A DNA stretch of 64,000 nt from Chloroflexota bacterium. Lineage in GTDB: Bacteria; Chloroflexota; Dehalococcoidia; Dehalococcoidales; UBA2162. This document shows positions 9,231 through 19,453 of this stretch, piece by piece. The DNA is taken from the NCBI GenBank assembly GCA_016190895.1, contig JACPPR010000008.1:3335-67334 (forward strand), read 5' to 3'. Position numbers and translations under genes: made by a program. Position 1 is the first letter of the stretch, and each line of letters opens with the position of its first letter. The notes below the pieces were generated by a model. It saw only the letters and a program-made list of their open reading frames with translations, was not told the DNA's origin and ran no database searches.

Positions 9231-9722
9231 ATGAACAACATCATTCGTGTCGGCACGGGTTATGACGCTCATCCGCTCGTGACTGGGCGGCGGCTGGTGC
9301 TGGGTGGGGTGGAAATACCCTTCGATAAGGGGCTTGACGGCTGGAGCGATGCCGATGTGCTCACCCACGCCATTATCGATGCCCTGCTCGGGGCGGCCGC
9401 CCTGGGAGATATCGGCAGCCATTTTCCGCCCGGCGACCCTGATTACAAAAATATTTCCAGCCTGATGCTGCTGAAAAGAGTAAAAGACAAACTTGCCGAA
9501 AAAGGCTGGCTGATAGATAATATTGACGCCACTGTGGTGGCGGCACAGCCCAAACTGAAGGACTTTATCGACCGGATGCGCCAACAGTTGAGCCGGACGC
9601 TGAATATCCCGGTGAGCCAGGTCAGCGTCAAGGCCAGCACTTCGAACGGGCTGGGGTTCGCCGGCCGAGGCGACGGCATCGCCGCTCAGGCCGTCGTTTT
9701 GATTAAAGGAGAAGATAAGTAA
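9231..9722 (+). CDS. ispF: 2-C-methyl-D-erythritol 2,4-cyclodiphosphate synthase
   Basis: The track ORF starts at 9168 inside the repeat. The ATG at 9231 gives [16 protein letters not shown], the canonical IspF N-terminus (164 aa), plus the GHSDADV-like [10 protein letters not shown] motif. Confidence 0.9.
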   Translation: MNNIIRVGTGYDAHPLVTGRRLVLGGVEIPFDKGLDGWSDADVLTHAIIDALLGAAALGDIGSHFPPGDPDYKNISSLMLLKRVKDKLAEKGWLIDNIDATVVAAQPKLKDFIDRMRQQLSRTLNIPVSQVSVKASTSNGLGFAGRGDGIAAQAVVLIKGEDK

Positions 9723-11128
9723 TGAAGGTTTTTAATACCCTTTCCGGGCAAAAAGAGGAGTTCATCGCTCAGGATGAAGAGACCAGCGGGAATGTCTGCG
9801 GCGTTGTGCCCTATCCCGAGGTCAAAATGTATGTCTGCGGGATTAATCCCTACGCTGATTCCCACATCGGGCACGCCCTGAGCTACATCACCTTCGATGT
9901 CGTCCGACGCTATCTGGAGTTCCGCGGCTATAAGGTGAAGCACGTCGAGAACGTCACCGATGTCGAAGATAATATTATTGCCACGGCCAACCGGCTCGGC
10001 ATCCCGCTCCGGGAGCTGACCGAGAAGTATACGGTCAGGTATTTCGAGGATATGGATGCCCTTAATATCCTCCGCCCCCATATTATCCCCAGGGCTACCG
10101 AGGAAATCCCCAAGATAATCGAGGTAACCAAGGTGCTGATAGATAAGGGATATGCCTACCCTTCGAGGGGCGATGTCTACTTTCGGGTGACTAAAGACCC
10201 GGACTATGGCAAGCTCTCCAAGCGTAACCTGGAATCTATGGTCGCCGGCATCCGCATCGAGCTAGGGGAGGGTAAGGAGCACCCGATGGACTTCGTCCTC
10301 TGGAAGGCAAGCAAGCCGGGCGAACCCTCCTGGGATAGCCCCTGGGGCCCCGGCAGGCCGGGCTGGCATATCGAGTGCACCGCTATGTCCCTGAAATACC
10401 TGGGTGAGACCATTGATATTCACGGCGGCGGGCAGGACCTGGTCTTTCCCCACCACGAAAACGAGATTGCCCAATCGGAGAGCTTTACCGGCAAGAAGCC
10501 TTTCGTGAGGTACTGGCTGCATAACGGGCTGCTGAGGCTCGGCGAAAACAAGATGAGCAAGTCCCTGGGCAACTTGATAACAATCAGAGAGGCGCTGGCC
10601 AAGCACAGCGCCGACGCCCTCCGCATCTTTGTCCTCAGTTCCTACTACCGAGTGCCGCTCACCTTCACCGAGGAAGCTCTGGAAGCTGCCGAAAAGGGGG
10701 CCGACCGGCTGCGCCAGGTGGCTCAACTAAAGCCCCATGGAGAAAAAACAACCGGGCAAATCGATATCCCAGGTTATCATAGCAAATTTGTCGCCGCTAT
10801 GGATGATGATTTCGGCACCGCTCAAGCCCTGGCAACCCTCTTTGATTTGGCCAGGGATATCAACCGTCTGAATGATGAAGGCTGCGATGTCACTCAGCCC
10901 AAGCTGACACTGACCGAGCTGACCGGCGTGTTGGGCTTGACGCTTAAGCCGCGGGAAGAGCCGCCCCTTGAATCAGCGCCTTTCATCGAGCTGCTGGTCT
11001 CCACCCGCCAGGAGCTCCGCAAAGCCAAGCAGTTCCAGCTGGCCGATGGGATTCGCAACAAGCTGACCGAATTGGGTATCGGTATCGAAGACACGCCTAG
11101 CGGCACGGTGTGGAAGGCGAAGAGGTAG
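9722..11128 (+). CDS. cysS: Cysteine--tRNA ligase
   Basis: 468 aa with HIGH (SHIGHA) and KMSKS motifs. The start overlaps the ispF stop (TAATG). There is a roughly 12-aa N-terminal insertion before the HIGH region. Confidence 0.93.
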   Translation: MKVFNTLSGQKEEFIAQDEETSGNVCGVVPYPEVKMYVCGINPYADSHIGHALSYITFDVVRRYLEFRGYKVKHVENVTDVEDNIIATANRLGIPLRELTEKYTVRYFEDMDALNILRPHIIPRATEEIPKIIEVTKVLIDKGYAYPSRGDVYFRVTKDPDYGKLSKRNLESMVAGIRIELGEGKEHPMDFVLWKASKPGEPSWDSPWGPGRPGWHIECTAMSLKYLGETIDIHGGGQDLVFPHHENEIAQSESFTGKKPFVRYWLHNGLLRLGENKMSKSLGNLITIREALAKHSADALRIFVLSSYYRVPLTFTEEALEAAEKGADRLRQVAQLKPHGEKTTGQIDIPGYHSKFVAAMDDDFGTAQALATLFDLARDINRLNDEGCDVTQPKLTLTELTGVLGLTLKPREEPPLESAPFIELLVSTRQELRKAKQFQLADGIRNKLTELGIGIEDTPSGTVWKAKR

Positions 11129-11135
11129 CTCCGAA

Positions 11136-11552
11136 ATGGCAAGGGCTCCATTCATTGTCTTTGTTTATCCTTATGTTAAAGTAGGTGACAACGAATTTGA
11201 ATATGCGCTTCTCAAAAGCGCTGACAGGGGTTCCTGGGAAGGGGTGGCTGGTGGTGGGGAGGGAAATGAGACTCTTCAGGAAGCTGCCAGGAGAGAGACC
11301 TACGAAGAGACAGGGATACGTATTGAATCCCCGCTTATTCAGCTAGATACCGTGGCGCCGGTTCCTGTCACAAGGTCCAGAGAGAGTTATCTCTGGGGCG
11401 ACGATGTCTACGTTATTCCTCTGCACTATTTCGGCATTCTGGCGGATAATAGACAAATCCGTTTATCCGCGGAGCATGTTGAGTATATGTGGTTGAGGTA
11501 TCAGGATGCCCGTAACTTGCTGAAGTTCGATGACGACAAGATAGCCTTATGA
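11136..11552 (+). CDS. NUDIX hydrolase
   Basis: 138 aa. Nudix box GGGEGNETLQEAARRETYEETGI. Confidence 0.8.
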   Translation: MARAPFIVFVYPYVKVGDNEFEYALLKSADRGSWEGVAGGGEGNETLQEAARRETYEETGIRIESPLIQLDTVAPVPVTRSRESYLWGDDVYVIPLHYFGILADNRQIRLSAEHVEYMWLRYQDARNLLKFDDDKIAL

Positions 11553-11605
11553 GAGTTGGATAGAAAACTAAGAAGCTTAGGGCCGAGAGACTGAACTTTT
11601 CATTA

Positions 11606-11680
11606 CCTCACCCCCTTCCCCCCTCTCCGTCAACGGAGAGGGGGGAAGTAGTTTTATTTGAGAGGGCGTTCCCCTCTCAA
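11606..11680. repeat. CCTCTCC-N-GGAGAGG family hairpins
   Basis: CCCCCCTCTCCGTCAACGGAGAGGGGGG plus GAGAGGGCGTTCCCCTCTC. Confidence 0.75.
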
Positions 11681-11746
11681 ACTCTCCCGTTCCGCGTTGA
11701 CCGGGCGACTCGAAGAAAATCTCCTTAATGGGGGGGTGAGAGCTGT

Positions 11747-11775
11747 TTGAAAACTGAGTGATATTAGGCTACACT
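11747..11775 (+). promoter_or_regulatory. Candidate sigma70 promoter of msrP
   Basis: TTGAAA (11747-11752), 17-nt spacer, TACACT (11770-11775). Confidence 0.4.
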
Positions 11776-11804
11776 TGAATTAAGTCGGGCAGGGTGGGGG
11801 TAGA

Positions 11805-12716
11805 ATGAAGAAAATAAAAGCCATAAAAGCTTCTGAAATAACGCCTGAACATCTGTATTTGTCACGCCGCAAGTTCATCGCCGGCATCGGCGCCCTGGCG
11901 GCGGGCAGTCTTTTTCTGAATGCCTGCCCGGCGCCTGAGACGTCGGGTGGTGAGCAGCCTGCCGATACGCTGACCTCTTTCGACGCGGTGACCGGCTACA
12001 ATAACTTTTATGAATTCACCACCAGCAAGAACGGCATTGGCTTTCTGGCGCGCGATCTCAAGATATCGCCCTGGACGGTAGAGGTTGGCGGGCTGGTCAA
12101 TAAGCCGCAGACTTTTGCTATCGAAGACCTGTTGAAGAAGTTTCCACCTGAAGAGCGAATCTACCGGATGCGCTGTGTGGAAGCCTGGTCGATGGTAATT
12201 CCCTGGCTGGGCTTTCCGCTGTCGAAACTATTGCAGGAAGTCGAGCCGACAGCTGCCGCCAAGTTTGTCCGTTTCACGGCCCTCTACGACCCGGAGCAGA
12301 TGCCCGGCCAAGAGGATAGAACTTATGACTGGCCCTATATCGAGGGGCTGCGTCTCGATGAGGCGATGCATGACCTGACCCTGCTCTCCAACGGGCTTTA
12401 CGGCAAGGCGCTCCTGCCTCAGAACGGGGCGCCGCTCCGGCTGGTGGCGCCCTGGAAATACGGCTTCAAGAGTATCAAGTCTATCGTCCGAATCGACCTG
12501 GTCGAGGAGATGCCGGTTTCCCTCTGGATGGCGGCCTCGCCTCATGAATACGGATTTTACGCTAACGTTAATCCGGGTGTCGACCACCCCCGATGGTCGC
12601 AATCCAGTGAACGCCGCATCGGCGAAGAGAAACGCCGCCGGACGCTGCTGTTCAACGGCTACGCTGAAGAGGTAGCTCACCTCTATGCCGGTATGGATTT
12701 GAAAAAGAATTTCTAG
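11805..12716 (+). CDS. msrP: Protein-methionine-sulfoxide reductase catalytic subunit MsrP (YedY, molybdopterin)
   Basis: 303 aa. Tat signal [15 protein letters not shown] and a sulfite-oxidase-fold pattern ([14 protein letters not shown]). Confidence 0.88.
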   Translation: MKKIKAIKASEITPEHLYLSRRKFIAGIGALAAGSLFLNACPAPETSGGEQPADTLTSFDAVTGYNNFYEFTTSKNGIGFLARDLKISPWTVEVGGLVNKPQTFAIEDLLKKFPPEERIYRMRCVEAWSMVIPWLGFPLSKLLQEVEPTAAAKFVRFTALYDPEQMPGQEDRTYDWPYIEGLRLDEAMHDLTLLSNGLYGKALLPQNGAPLRLVAPWKYGFKSIKSIVRIDLVEEMPVSLWMAASPHEYGFYANVNPGVDHPRWSQSSERRIGEEKRRRTLLFNGYAEEVAHLYAGMDLKKNF

Positions 12717-12821
12717 TACCAAACGACCTCAGTTTCCTTTAAACAAATAGAGGGATTTTTCAGCTTTTTTCCTCTCTTCTTTTGGAAGCATGATGTATAT
12801 TGCGAAAGTGACCATCGGCGT

Positions 12822-12874
12822 GTCATTCTGGATGAGTCCCGATGCCTTCACGCCTTATCGGGACGAAGCATGAC
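12822..12874. repeat. Nested hairpin: GTCAT...[GTCCCGAT-loop-ATCGGGAC]...ATGAC
   Basis: GTCATTCTGGATGAGTCCCGATGCCTTCACGCCTTATCGGGACGAAGCATGAC, sitting between msrP and msrQ. Confidence 0.75.
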
Positions 12875-12933
12875 AACTCGGAAGCTGTTTGCGTAATTCC
12901 AAACCACATGTCCATCGAAGGAGAGGCATCAAA

Positions 12934-13569
12934 TTGACTGCAATTAGCACTATGGACAAGTTAAGAAAAAACTGGCTCCAGTTCCTGGTCCATTTTCTGG
13001 CGCTACTCCCGCTGGCAAAGCTGGTCTGGGATTTCCAGCGAGACCGGTTGACGGCCAATCCGATTCAGGAAATCACCCTCCGCACCGGCGATTACAGCCT
13101 GATTCTGCTGGTACTTTCCCTGGCTTGCACGCCGTTAGCTAATCTCAAATCTCAAAATGCAAAGCTCAGAACTCAGATATTGCGCCTGCGCCGGCCTCTA
13201 GGGCTTTACGGTTTTTTCTATGGCGTCTTGCACTTCCTGAATTTCATCGGGGTAGACTACCGCTTCGACTTTGCTTTGCTCCGCGAAGATGTTTTCGGTA
13301 AGGCGCACATCTGGGTGGGTCTGGCATCTCTCTTGGCGCTGGTCCCTCTGGCGGTTAGCTCGACGAGGGGCTGGGCGAGACGGCTGGGCAAGAACTGGGA
13401 ACGCCTGCACTGGCTGGTCTACCCCGCCGTCTTGCTGGCAGTGCTCCATTTCCTGCTGCTGGTCAAAGCGGACATCCGTGAGCCGCTGCTCTACGGGATA
13501 ATCGTGGTCTTGCTGTTCTTGCTACGGCTGAAATGGGTCAAAGACACGATTACAAGATGGCTGACCTAG
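12934..13569 (+). CDS. msrQ: Protein-methionine-sulfoxide reductase heme-binding subunit MsrQ (YedZ)
   Basis: Ferric-reductase-like TM protein with conserved His residues in TM helices. A TTG at 12934 lies 7 nt after GGAGAGG and gives 211 aa. Alternative starts are 12889 (track) and 12952 (ATG). Confidence 0.8.
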   Translation: MTAISTMDKLRKNWLQFLVHFLALLPLAKLVWDFQRDRLTANPIQEITLRTGDYSLILLVLSLACTPLANLKSQNAKLRTQILRLRRPLGLYGFFYGVLHFLNFIGVDYRFDFALLREDVFGKAHIWVGLASLLALVPLAVSSTRGWARRLGKNWERLHWLVYPAVLLAVLHFLLLVKADIREPLLYGIIVVLLFLLRLKWVKDTITRWLT

Positions 13570-13575
13570 TCTTAT

Positions 13576-13695
13576 GTCATCCTGAGCCCTTGGGTGAAGG
13601 CCATGGCAATCCTCCTCTTGTCATTGCGAAGCAATCTATATCAACCTTAGAGATTGCCACGTCGTCCCGATAGAATCGGGACTCCTCGCAATGAC
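13576..13695. repeat. Mosaic repeat filling the convergent msrQ/flavodoxin gap
   Basis: GTCATCCTGAGC module, then GTCATTGCGAAGCAATCT (empty hairpin), then AGATTGCCACG-[GTCCCGAT-AGA-ATCGGGAC]-CTCGCAATGAC. Confidence 0.8.
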
Positions 13696-13708
13696 AGTGG
13701 AAACGGCT

Positions 13709-14188
13709 TTACTTCCCCAGCTTTTCTCCGAACACCCGGCCGTAGTCCTGGCAGGCGCGCATCTTTTCAGTCGCCTCGACGGAAGGATTATGCCGGTCGT
13801 AGATGGCCAGTTCGTGCTCTTTCAGCTTTAAAACTCCCAGCTCGAACGGCTCCATATTGAAAACGTACTGCATCGTGTCCAGCACCATTCCCGGGGCGTT
13901 GCCATCGTGGGTATAAGAGCCGAAGGCGCCGGCCAGTTTGCTCTTGAGGTCGGCCTTCCGGCCTAAAAAGAGGAATGTCTTGACCGGCTCTGGGATATCC
14001 AGGAAGTAGGTCGGCGAACCGAAAATATAGCCGTCGTATCCTTCCAGGTCGGCGGCGTTTTTGATTTCGGAGATTTTCTTCAGTACTGCCTGGTTGCTGC
14101 TAAAGCGGACCCCCTCGGCAATGAACTCGGCCATCTTTTCCGTGTTGCCCGCCAGGCTAAAATAGGCGATGAGTACCTTTTTTGCCAT
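13709..14188 (-). CDS. Flavodoxin
   Basis: 159 aa. N-terminal FMN-binding pattern KVLIAYFSLAGNTEKMA. Confidence 0.85.
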   Translation of the reverse strand: MAKKVLIAYFSLAGNTEKMAEFIAEGVRFSSNQAVLKKISEIKNAADLEGYDGYIFGSPTYFLDIPEPVKTFLFLGRKADLKSKLAGAFGSYTHDGNAPGMVLDTMQYVFNMEPFELGVLKLKEHELAIYDRHNPSVEATEKMRACQDYGRVFGEKLGK

Positions 14189-14232
14189 GATTCAGGTCTC
14201 CTTTATTAGCGATTATCCAGATTATACACAAT

Positions 14233-14296
14233 TTCCTCCCCTCTTGCGGAAGGGGAATCGTGACTGGTAGGGGGCAAGGCATGCCTTGCCCCCTAC
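14233..14296. repeat. Two hairpin modules: TTCCTCCCCTCTTGCGGAAGGGGAA and GTAGGGGGCAAGGCATGCCTTGCCCCCTAC
   Basis: The second module recurs at 42437-42464, with a related one at 23848-23876. Confidence 0.75.
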
Positions 14297-14311
14297 TTCG
14301 TTTGCCCGCAG

Positions 14312-14893
14312 TTATTTCAGGTTGGCGGCGACGAAGTCCCAGTTCACTATTTTCCAATAGGCTTCGACATACTTCGCCCGGGCGTTTCTATAGTCGATGT
14401 AGTAGGCGTGTTCCCAGACATCGCAGGTGAGAAGGGGTTTCTTGCCGTCTCTGAGCGGGTTGCCGGCATTGCTGGTGCTTTCGATGGCCAGGCTGCCATC
14501 GGGGTTCTTCACCAGCCAAGCCCAGCCGGAACCGAACAGGGTGACCGCGGCATTGGTGAATTTTTCCTGGAAGTCTTTCAGCGCCCCGAAATTTTTGATG
14601 ATGGCGTCGGCGGTCGGTCCGGTCGGGTTGCCGCCGCCTTTTGGCGAAAGTCCGTTCCAGTAGAAGGTATGGTTCCACACCTGAGCGGCATTGTTGAAGA
14701 TACCGCCCGGCGGGGCTTTCTTGATGATGTCTTCGAGGGACATATCGGCATATTCGGTGCCTTGAATCAGCCGGTTGATGTTATCGACATAGGTCTTGTG
14801 ATGCTTGCCGTAGTGGTACTCGATTGTCTCCGCAGAAATATTGGGCGCCAGGGCGTCATTGGCAAAGGGCAGCGTGGGCAGTTGGTGTTCCAT
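14312..14893 (-). CDS. sodB: Fe/Mn superoxide dismutase
   Basis: 193 aa. N-terminal LPYAxDALEP-like [13 protein letters not shown], HHxKHH, and the C-terminal DVWEHAYY metal-ligand motif. Confidence 0.92.
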   Translation of the reverse strand: MEHQLPTLPFANDALAPNISAETIEYHYGKHHKTYVDNINRLIQGTEYADMSLEDIIKKAPPGGIFNNAAQVWNHTFYWNGLSPKGGGNPTGPTADAIIKNFGALKDFQEKFTNAAVTLFGSGWAWLVKNPDGSLAIESTSNAGNPLRDGKKPLLTCDVWEHAYYIDYRNARAKYVEAYWKIVNWDFVAANLK

Positions 14894-15125
14894 AGTGTCC
14901 TCCTTTTTTTATGGTCAGCCTGAATGGGTTTTCAAAATTCCGACAGCGGTTAAGAAAAATTTTAGTTGTCGTGAGGCATAGTTGTATGTGACTTTTGTTA
15001 CAGTCCGAGACCTTACCACCTTAAGCCCCCTCGCTGCTCCCGCTCATGTTTGGCGTAAGATTAGGTGTGATAAAATTGGGCAAGGGGCTAGTTCACAGAC
15101 TCGACTAACTTCTGAAGGAGGAGGT

Positions 15126-15509
15126 ATGCCAGATAAATCGGTAGCCGAGAAATTACTAATTAAGGACAACTACAAAGTATTGCTGGTCAATGAGCCGAAA
15201 GATTACAGAAGAACGCTCGGCAAGTTACCCGCCGGAGTGATTGTATCCAATGAGGCGAGCGGTTCATTCGACCTGGCGCAAGTCTTTGTCAGTTCCAGGA
15301 AAGAACTGGAAGCCAATCTGAAGAAGCTGAAACCGGTTCTAAAACCGGCAGGCCTGCTCTGGGTAACCTATCCGAAGGGGACGTCGAAGGTCAAAGTGGA
15401 TATCAACAGAGACAGTATCAGAGAATACGCCGAATCTAACGGCTTTAAGGCTGTGGCGATGATTGCTGTCGATGACACCTGGTCGGCGCTGAGATTGAAG
15501 GTGGTTTAG
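15126..15509 (+). CDS. DUF3052-like hypothetical protein
   Basis: The ATG at 15126 follows GAAGGAGGAGG (127 aa). The upstream part of the track ORF (14982) has no RBS support. The family assignment is from memory of the LxIKxGxxVLLLNxP pattern. Confidence 0.55.
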   Translation: MPDKSVAEKLLIKDNYKVLLVNEPKDYRRTLGKLPAGVIVSNEASGSFDLAQVFVSSRKELEANLKKLKPVLKPAGLLWVTYPKGTSKVKVDINRDSIREYAESNGFKAVAMIAVDDTWSALRLKVV

Positions 15510-15512
15510 GTG

Positions 15513-15723
15513 GATTAAATCCCTCTCAATCTCCCTTTACGAAAGGGAGATGCCTACGATTTCCCTCCCCTTCTAATGCGTGTCGGTTTTTAAAAATGCG
15601 CCTGAACCTCCCCCTTTGAAAAAGGGGGATTAGGGGGATTTGAAACCCTCTCAGATGTCACCCTCATCAGTTTCGGTTGGATTCAGGGCATGGCTTCGAC
15701 CCTCTCCCTTCAAGGGAGAGGGA
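15513..15723. repeat. Composite repeat: AAAGGGAGA/AAAGGGGGA paired hairpins plus a CCTCTCCCTTCAAGGGAGAGG hairpin
   Basis: Same architecture as 34567-34697 and the reverse of 8014-8122. Confidence 0.8.
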
Positions 15724-15756
15724 ATGCGCTATATCCACAGTTACGTCACCGTGCGC

Positions 15757-16635
15757 TTATCTCGGTTTCAGGTGCTTGCGCACCAGGTCGACCACCTGCG
15801 CCGGGTATCTGGCGACATCCACGCCCACCTCGGTGAGGGCGGCCGTCTTGCTGTGGGGCGTCCCCTTGCCATCGCCACGGATGATAGCACCGGCATGTCC
15901 CATTCGCTTCTCTTCGGGGGCATTTAGCCCGGCGATGTAAGCGACAACCGGCTTGGTTATCCAGCGGTCAATGAACTCGGCCGCCTTTTCTTCCTGGATG
16001 CCCCCCACTTCACCAACGATGACTATCAGGTCGGTTTCCGGGTCTTTCTCGAACAGTCTCAGGATTTCCGACATATTGGTGAATACTACCGGGTCGGCGC
16101 CGATGCCGACCACCGTGCTTTGGCCGAAACCGCCGGTAGCCAGGTTGATGCTGACTTCGTAAGAAAGAGTGCCGCTCCGGGAAATAATGCCGATGCGTCC
16201 GGGATTGAACATATTACCCGGCATGATGCCCATTTTGGCTTCGCCTACTGTGATAACGCCGGGGCTGGTGGGACCGATAATCGCAACCTCGCGGCCGGCA
16301 GCATATTCCCTGATTTCCATCACATCGTGCACGGGCATGTGCTCGGTGACGACGACGATGAGCTTGACGCCGGCGTCGACAGTCTGCAGGGCAGCTTCCT
16401 TGACGGCGGGCGGGGGCACGAAGAACACGGAGGCCTCGGCTCCCTGTCTGGCGACGGCTTCAGTGACAGTATCATATACGGGAATGCCTTCGACTACCTC
16501 GCCGCCTTTGCCGGGAGTTACCCCGGCGACGATATTGGTGCCGTAGTCCAGCATGAACCTGGTCTGAATGCGCCCCGTCTTGCCGGTGATGCCCTGCACC
16601 AGGACTCTGGTATCCTTGTTCAGTAAAATACTCAA
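15757..16635 (-). CDS. sucD: Succinate--CoA ligase (ADP-forming) subunit alpha
   Basis: 292 aa. CoA-binding GITGKTG and the phosphohistidine loop MGHAGAI. ATGA overlap with sucC. Confidence 0.88.
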   Translation of the reverse strand: MSILLNKDTRVLVQGITGKTGRIQTRFMLDYGTNIVAGVTPGKGGEVVEGIPVYDTVTEAVARQGAEASVFFVPPPAVKEAALQTVDAGVKLIVVVTEHMPVHDVMEIREYAAGREVAIIGPTSPGVITVGEAKMGIMPGNMFNPGRIGIISRSGTLSYEVSINLATGGFGQSTVVGIGADPVVFTNMSEILRLFEKDPETDLIVIVGEVGGIQEEKAAEFIDRWITKPVVAYIAGLNAPEEKRMGHAGAIIRGDGKGTPHSKTAALTEVGVDVARYPAQVVDLVRKHLKPR

Positions 16636-17780
16636 CTGGCTTCCTCCAGCAAACGGGCAAGCTCTTCGACGGCTTTTTCGGTGGAGACATCGGTAACGAC
16701 GTGTACACCGTGCTCCCTGAAAATCTGCCAGGTTTCTTCCTGGTGGTTACCCAGCGCTTTAGCGACCACGGGTATGTCTATCCCGTGCTCTTCCAGATAC
16801 TTGACGACCCCTTTAGCGCCCTCGTGGATGGGATTGATGCCGCCGTAAACGTTAATGAAGAGCGCCCTGATGCCCTTCTTTTGCAGCACCAGGTCGGTCA
16901 CCTTGTAAAGCAGGTCGGCGGTGATAGCGCCGCCCGTCTCCAGGAAGTTCGCCGCCCGCATTTTCTGGTTGATGATGTCCATAGAAGCCATACCCAGGCC
17001 GGCGCCGCTGGCGATGATGGCGATATCTCCGTCAAGTTCGAGATAACTGACGCCAATCTCCCGCCCTTTCCTCTCCAGCGGGTTGGGGATACGTTCATCC
17101 AAACTCTGGTTGAGGTTGAGGTCGGCGTGACGATAGAGGCTAGAATCATCTATCTCTACCTTGGCGTCCAGGGCCATATAGCTCCCCAGGACAGTTCTCA
17201 CCAGGGGATTGATTTCAGCCACGATGGCATCATTCTTGCGGAAAACCCTGTAGAGAGCGGTGAGCACGCCGGCTACTTCAATAGCGTCCTTGCCCTGCAA
17301 TCCCACCTGCTGACACATTTGTTTGGCTTCGTTGAGTTCCAGTCCCCTGGAAATCGAGACGCTTCTCGAAGCGACCGTCTCCGCCTGCTCCTGAGCGGTT
17401 TTGTTGATAGAGACGCCGCCCTCGGTGCTGAGGATAACTACAGGGGTGCCATTGTAGTCATCCAGGGTGACCCCCAGATAAAACTCCTTGGCTGTTTCTA
17501 TCTTCGGGGCAATCAGGAGGCGGCGCACCGGCAAGCCCCGTATCGATGAGCCGAGGATGCGCTGGCTGATTCGCTTGACGTCATCCAGAGAGTCGGCAAC
17601 TTCCACGCCCCCGGCCAGATAGCGGCCCCCGGTGAGCACCTGGGCTTTCACAACCACAGGCAACCCGATGGAGCGAGCCTGCTCGACTGCTTCCTCGGGG
17701 CTGGAGGCTAGTTTTGAATCCGGAACTGGTATCGATTCCTTGCGGAATAGCTCGATGCCTTCGTACTCGTATAGTTTCAT
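16632..17780 (-). CDS. sucC: Succinate--CoA ligase (ADP-forming) subunit beta
   Basis: 382 aa. ATP-grasp N-terminus MKLYEYEGIELF and a C-terminal ligase-CoA domain. Confidence 0.85.
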   Translation of the reverse strand: MKLYEYEGIELFRKESIPVPDSKLASSPEEAVEQARSIGLPVVVKAQVLTGGRYLAGGVEVADSLDDVKRISQRILGSSIRGLPVRRLLIAPKIETAKEFYLGVTLDDYNGTPVVILSTEGGVSINKTAQEQAETVASRSVSISRGLELNEAKQMCQQVGLQGKDAIEVAGVLTALYRVFRKNDAIVAEINPLVRTVLGSYMALDAKVEIDDSSLYRHADLNLNQSLDERIPNPLERKGREIGVSYLELDGDIAIIASGAGLGMASMDIINQKMRAANFLETGGAITADLLYKVTDLVLQKKGIRALFINVYGGINPIHEGAKGVVKYLEEHGIDIPVVAKALGNHQEETWQIFREHGVHVVTDVSTEKAVEELARLLEEAS

Positions 17781-17916
17781 AATTAATGCTATAGGTTACA
17801 ATATGAGCAGTGTTTGAGTCAAATTTTACAAATACTCCTCATAAATGATAGACTGTAGCATAAATTACGCTTTTCAGGCGTGATTTCATTCACATTAAGG
17901 AGGTTGGAGGGGGATT

Positions 17917-19359
17917 ATGGCGCTAAGAACACCTGCTCAATATTACAAATCGCTGGAAAAACTGCACCCGGTGGCGTACATCCTGGGGGAAAAAGTTGAA
18001 AACGTCTTCGAACACCCTCTCATCAAACACATGGTCGCGGCGGTGGCGAAAACCTATGAGCTTGAGAACGACCCCGAGGCTAGTAAACTGCTGGTGACAA
18101 AATCAGACCTGGTTAGCGGGGAAGTGAGCCGCTTTGTCAGTTTCTACAAGAGTCCAGACGACCTGCTTGCCAAGGTCAGGATGCTGAAACTGATGGCTCA
18201 GACTATCGGCGGCTGCTACATGCGGTGCACCGGTATGGACGCCATCAATTCCGTGGGTATAGAGGTTTATAATTGCGATAAGAAATATGGCACCAGCTAC
18301 TGGCCGAAGCTGCTGGAATTTATCAAAATGCTGCAGAAGGAAGACCTCGTTCTCTTCAGCGGCGTGACCGATGTCAAGGGGGATAGGGCGCTAAGGCCTT
18401 CGCAGCAGCCCGACCCGGATATGTACCTGCATATTGTCGACAGGAATAAAGACGGCATCGTGGTCAGAGGGGCTAAAATCCACCAGACCGGTTCTCTCTG
18501 CGCTCACTGGGGAATCGTGGTGCCGACCAGAGAGATGCGTGAAGCCGATAAAGACTACGCCGTTTCTTTTGCCTTCCCGACCGATGCCGAGGGCGTCGTC
18601 CATGTTTACGGACGGGGCACGCTGGAGGCGAGGGCGCTCCAGGATTGCGACCTGGGCAACGTCGAATTTGGCAAGTTTGCTCCGATGGTTATCTTCCAGG
18701 ACGTTTTCGTGCCCTGGGAAAGGGTCTTCCTCTGCGGCGAATATGAGTACGCCGGGGAGATGGTCAGAAATTTTGGTAATTACCACCGCCATTCGCACGG
18801 CGGCTGCAAATGCGGCGTCGGCGATATCTATATCGGGGCTGCTGCCATCGCCGCTGAATATAACGGGCTGAAGGATGTTTCTCACATTAACAACAAACTG
18901 GCCGAGATGCTCAAAGTAACCGAGGCGATTTACGGCTGCTCGGTAGCCGCTTCTGTGGAAGCCACGCCGACGCCCTCAGGCATCTGGAATGTCGACCCGG
19001 TATTATCGAATACCTCCAAGCTGTACGAAGGTAAGGAGCTTGCCGAGGTAATCCGGATGATGGTTGAGATTGCCGGCGGTATGGTCGCCGATGTGCCTTC
19101 GGATAAGGATTTCGCCAATCCGGAAATCGGACCGTTACTGACTAAATATCTGAAGGGCGCCGACAGCGTCTCTACGGAAGACAGGGTACGCATTTTCAGG
19201 CTTATCGAGAAGCTTGCTTTTGAAAGCCGGGACATTGTTTCTAATATCCACGGTGCCGGCTCGCCGGAAACACACCGGATGACGATACTGCGGAATGCCG
19301 ATATTGCGAGCAAGAAGAACCTGGCTAAGAAGCTGGCCGGTATCAAAGAGAGCAAGTAA
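17917..19359 (+). CDS. abfD: 4-hydroxybutyryl-CoA dehydratase / vinylacetyl-CoA isomerase family protein (AbfD-like)
   Basis: 480 aa. Residues C100, C104, H292 and C299 fall at the positions of the [4Fe-4S] ligands C99/C103/H292/C299 of the Clostridium aminobutyricum enzyme, as I remember them. Confidence 0.75.
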   Translation: MALRTPAQYYKSLEKLHPVAYILGEKVENVFEHPLIKHMVAAVAKTYELENDPEASKLLVTKSDLVSGEVSRFVSFYKSPDDLLAKVRMLKLMAQTIGGCYMRCTGMDAINSVGIEVYNCDKKYGTSYWPKLLEFIKMLQKEDLVLFSGVTDVKGDRALRPSQQPDPDMYLHIVDRNKDGIVVRGAKIHQTGSLCAHWGIVVPTREMREADKDYAVSFAFPTDAEGVVHVYGRGTLEARALQDCDLGNVEFGKFAPMVIFQDVFVPWERVFLCGEYEYAGEMVRNFGNYHRHSHGGCKCGVGDIYIGAAAIAAEYNGLKDVSHINNKLAEMLKVTEAIYGCSVAASVEATPTPSGIWNVDPVLSNTSKLYEGKELAEVIRMMVEIAGGMVADVPSDKDFANPEIGPLLTKYLKGADSVSTEDRVRIFRLIEKLAFESRDIVSNIHGAGSPETHRMTILRNADIASKKNLAKKLAGIKESK

Positions 19360-19453
19360 CTTGTGCGGGATAGGTTAAGCGCAAGGGGTGTAAAAACTTC
19401 TTTTTACAGGAAAAGCGTTCGACCCGTAACAAACGGGCAAAGGAGAAAAGGCT

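Noticed and set aside
9078-9584. 168-aa minus-strand ORF, and the 9168 start of the ispF ORF
   Set aside because: Both read through the GGAGAGG hairpin repeats (giving the peptide ...SPCGRGIKGEG). IspF homology begins at the ATG at 9231.
9722-9830. About 12-aa insertion ([14 protein letters not shown]) before the HIGH motif of CysRS as a possible novelty
   Set aside because: I cannot judge without an alignment. It is probably a lineage-specific loop, and the enzyme motifs are intact.
13654-13860. 68-aa plus-strand ORF
   Set aside because: It starts inside the repeat mosaic and runs antisense into the flavodoxin 3' end.
14982-15125. N-terminal 48 codons of the 175-aa ORF
   Set aside because: There is no RBS at 14982, whereas a strong GAAGGAGGAGG precedes the ATG at 15126. 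The extension has no family support.
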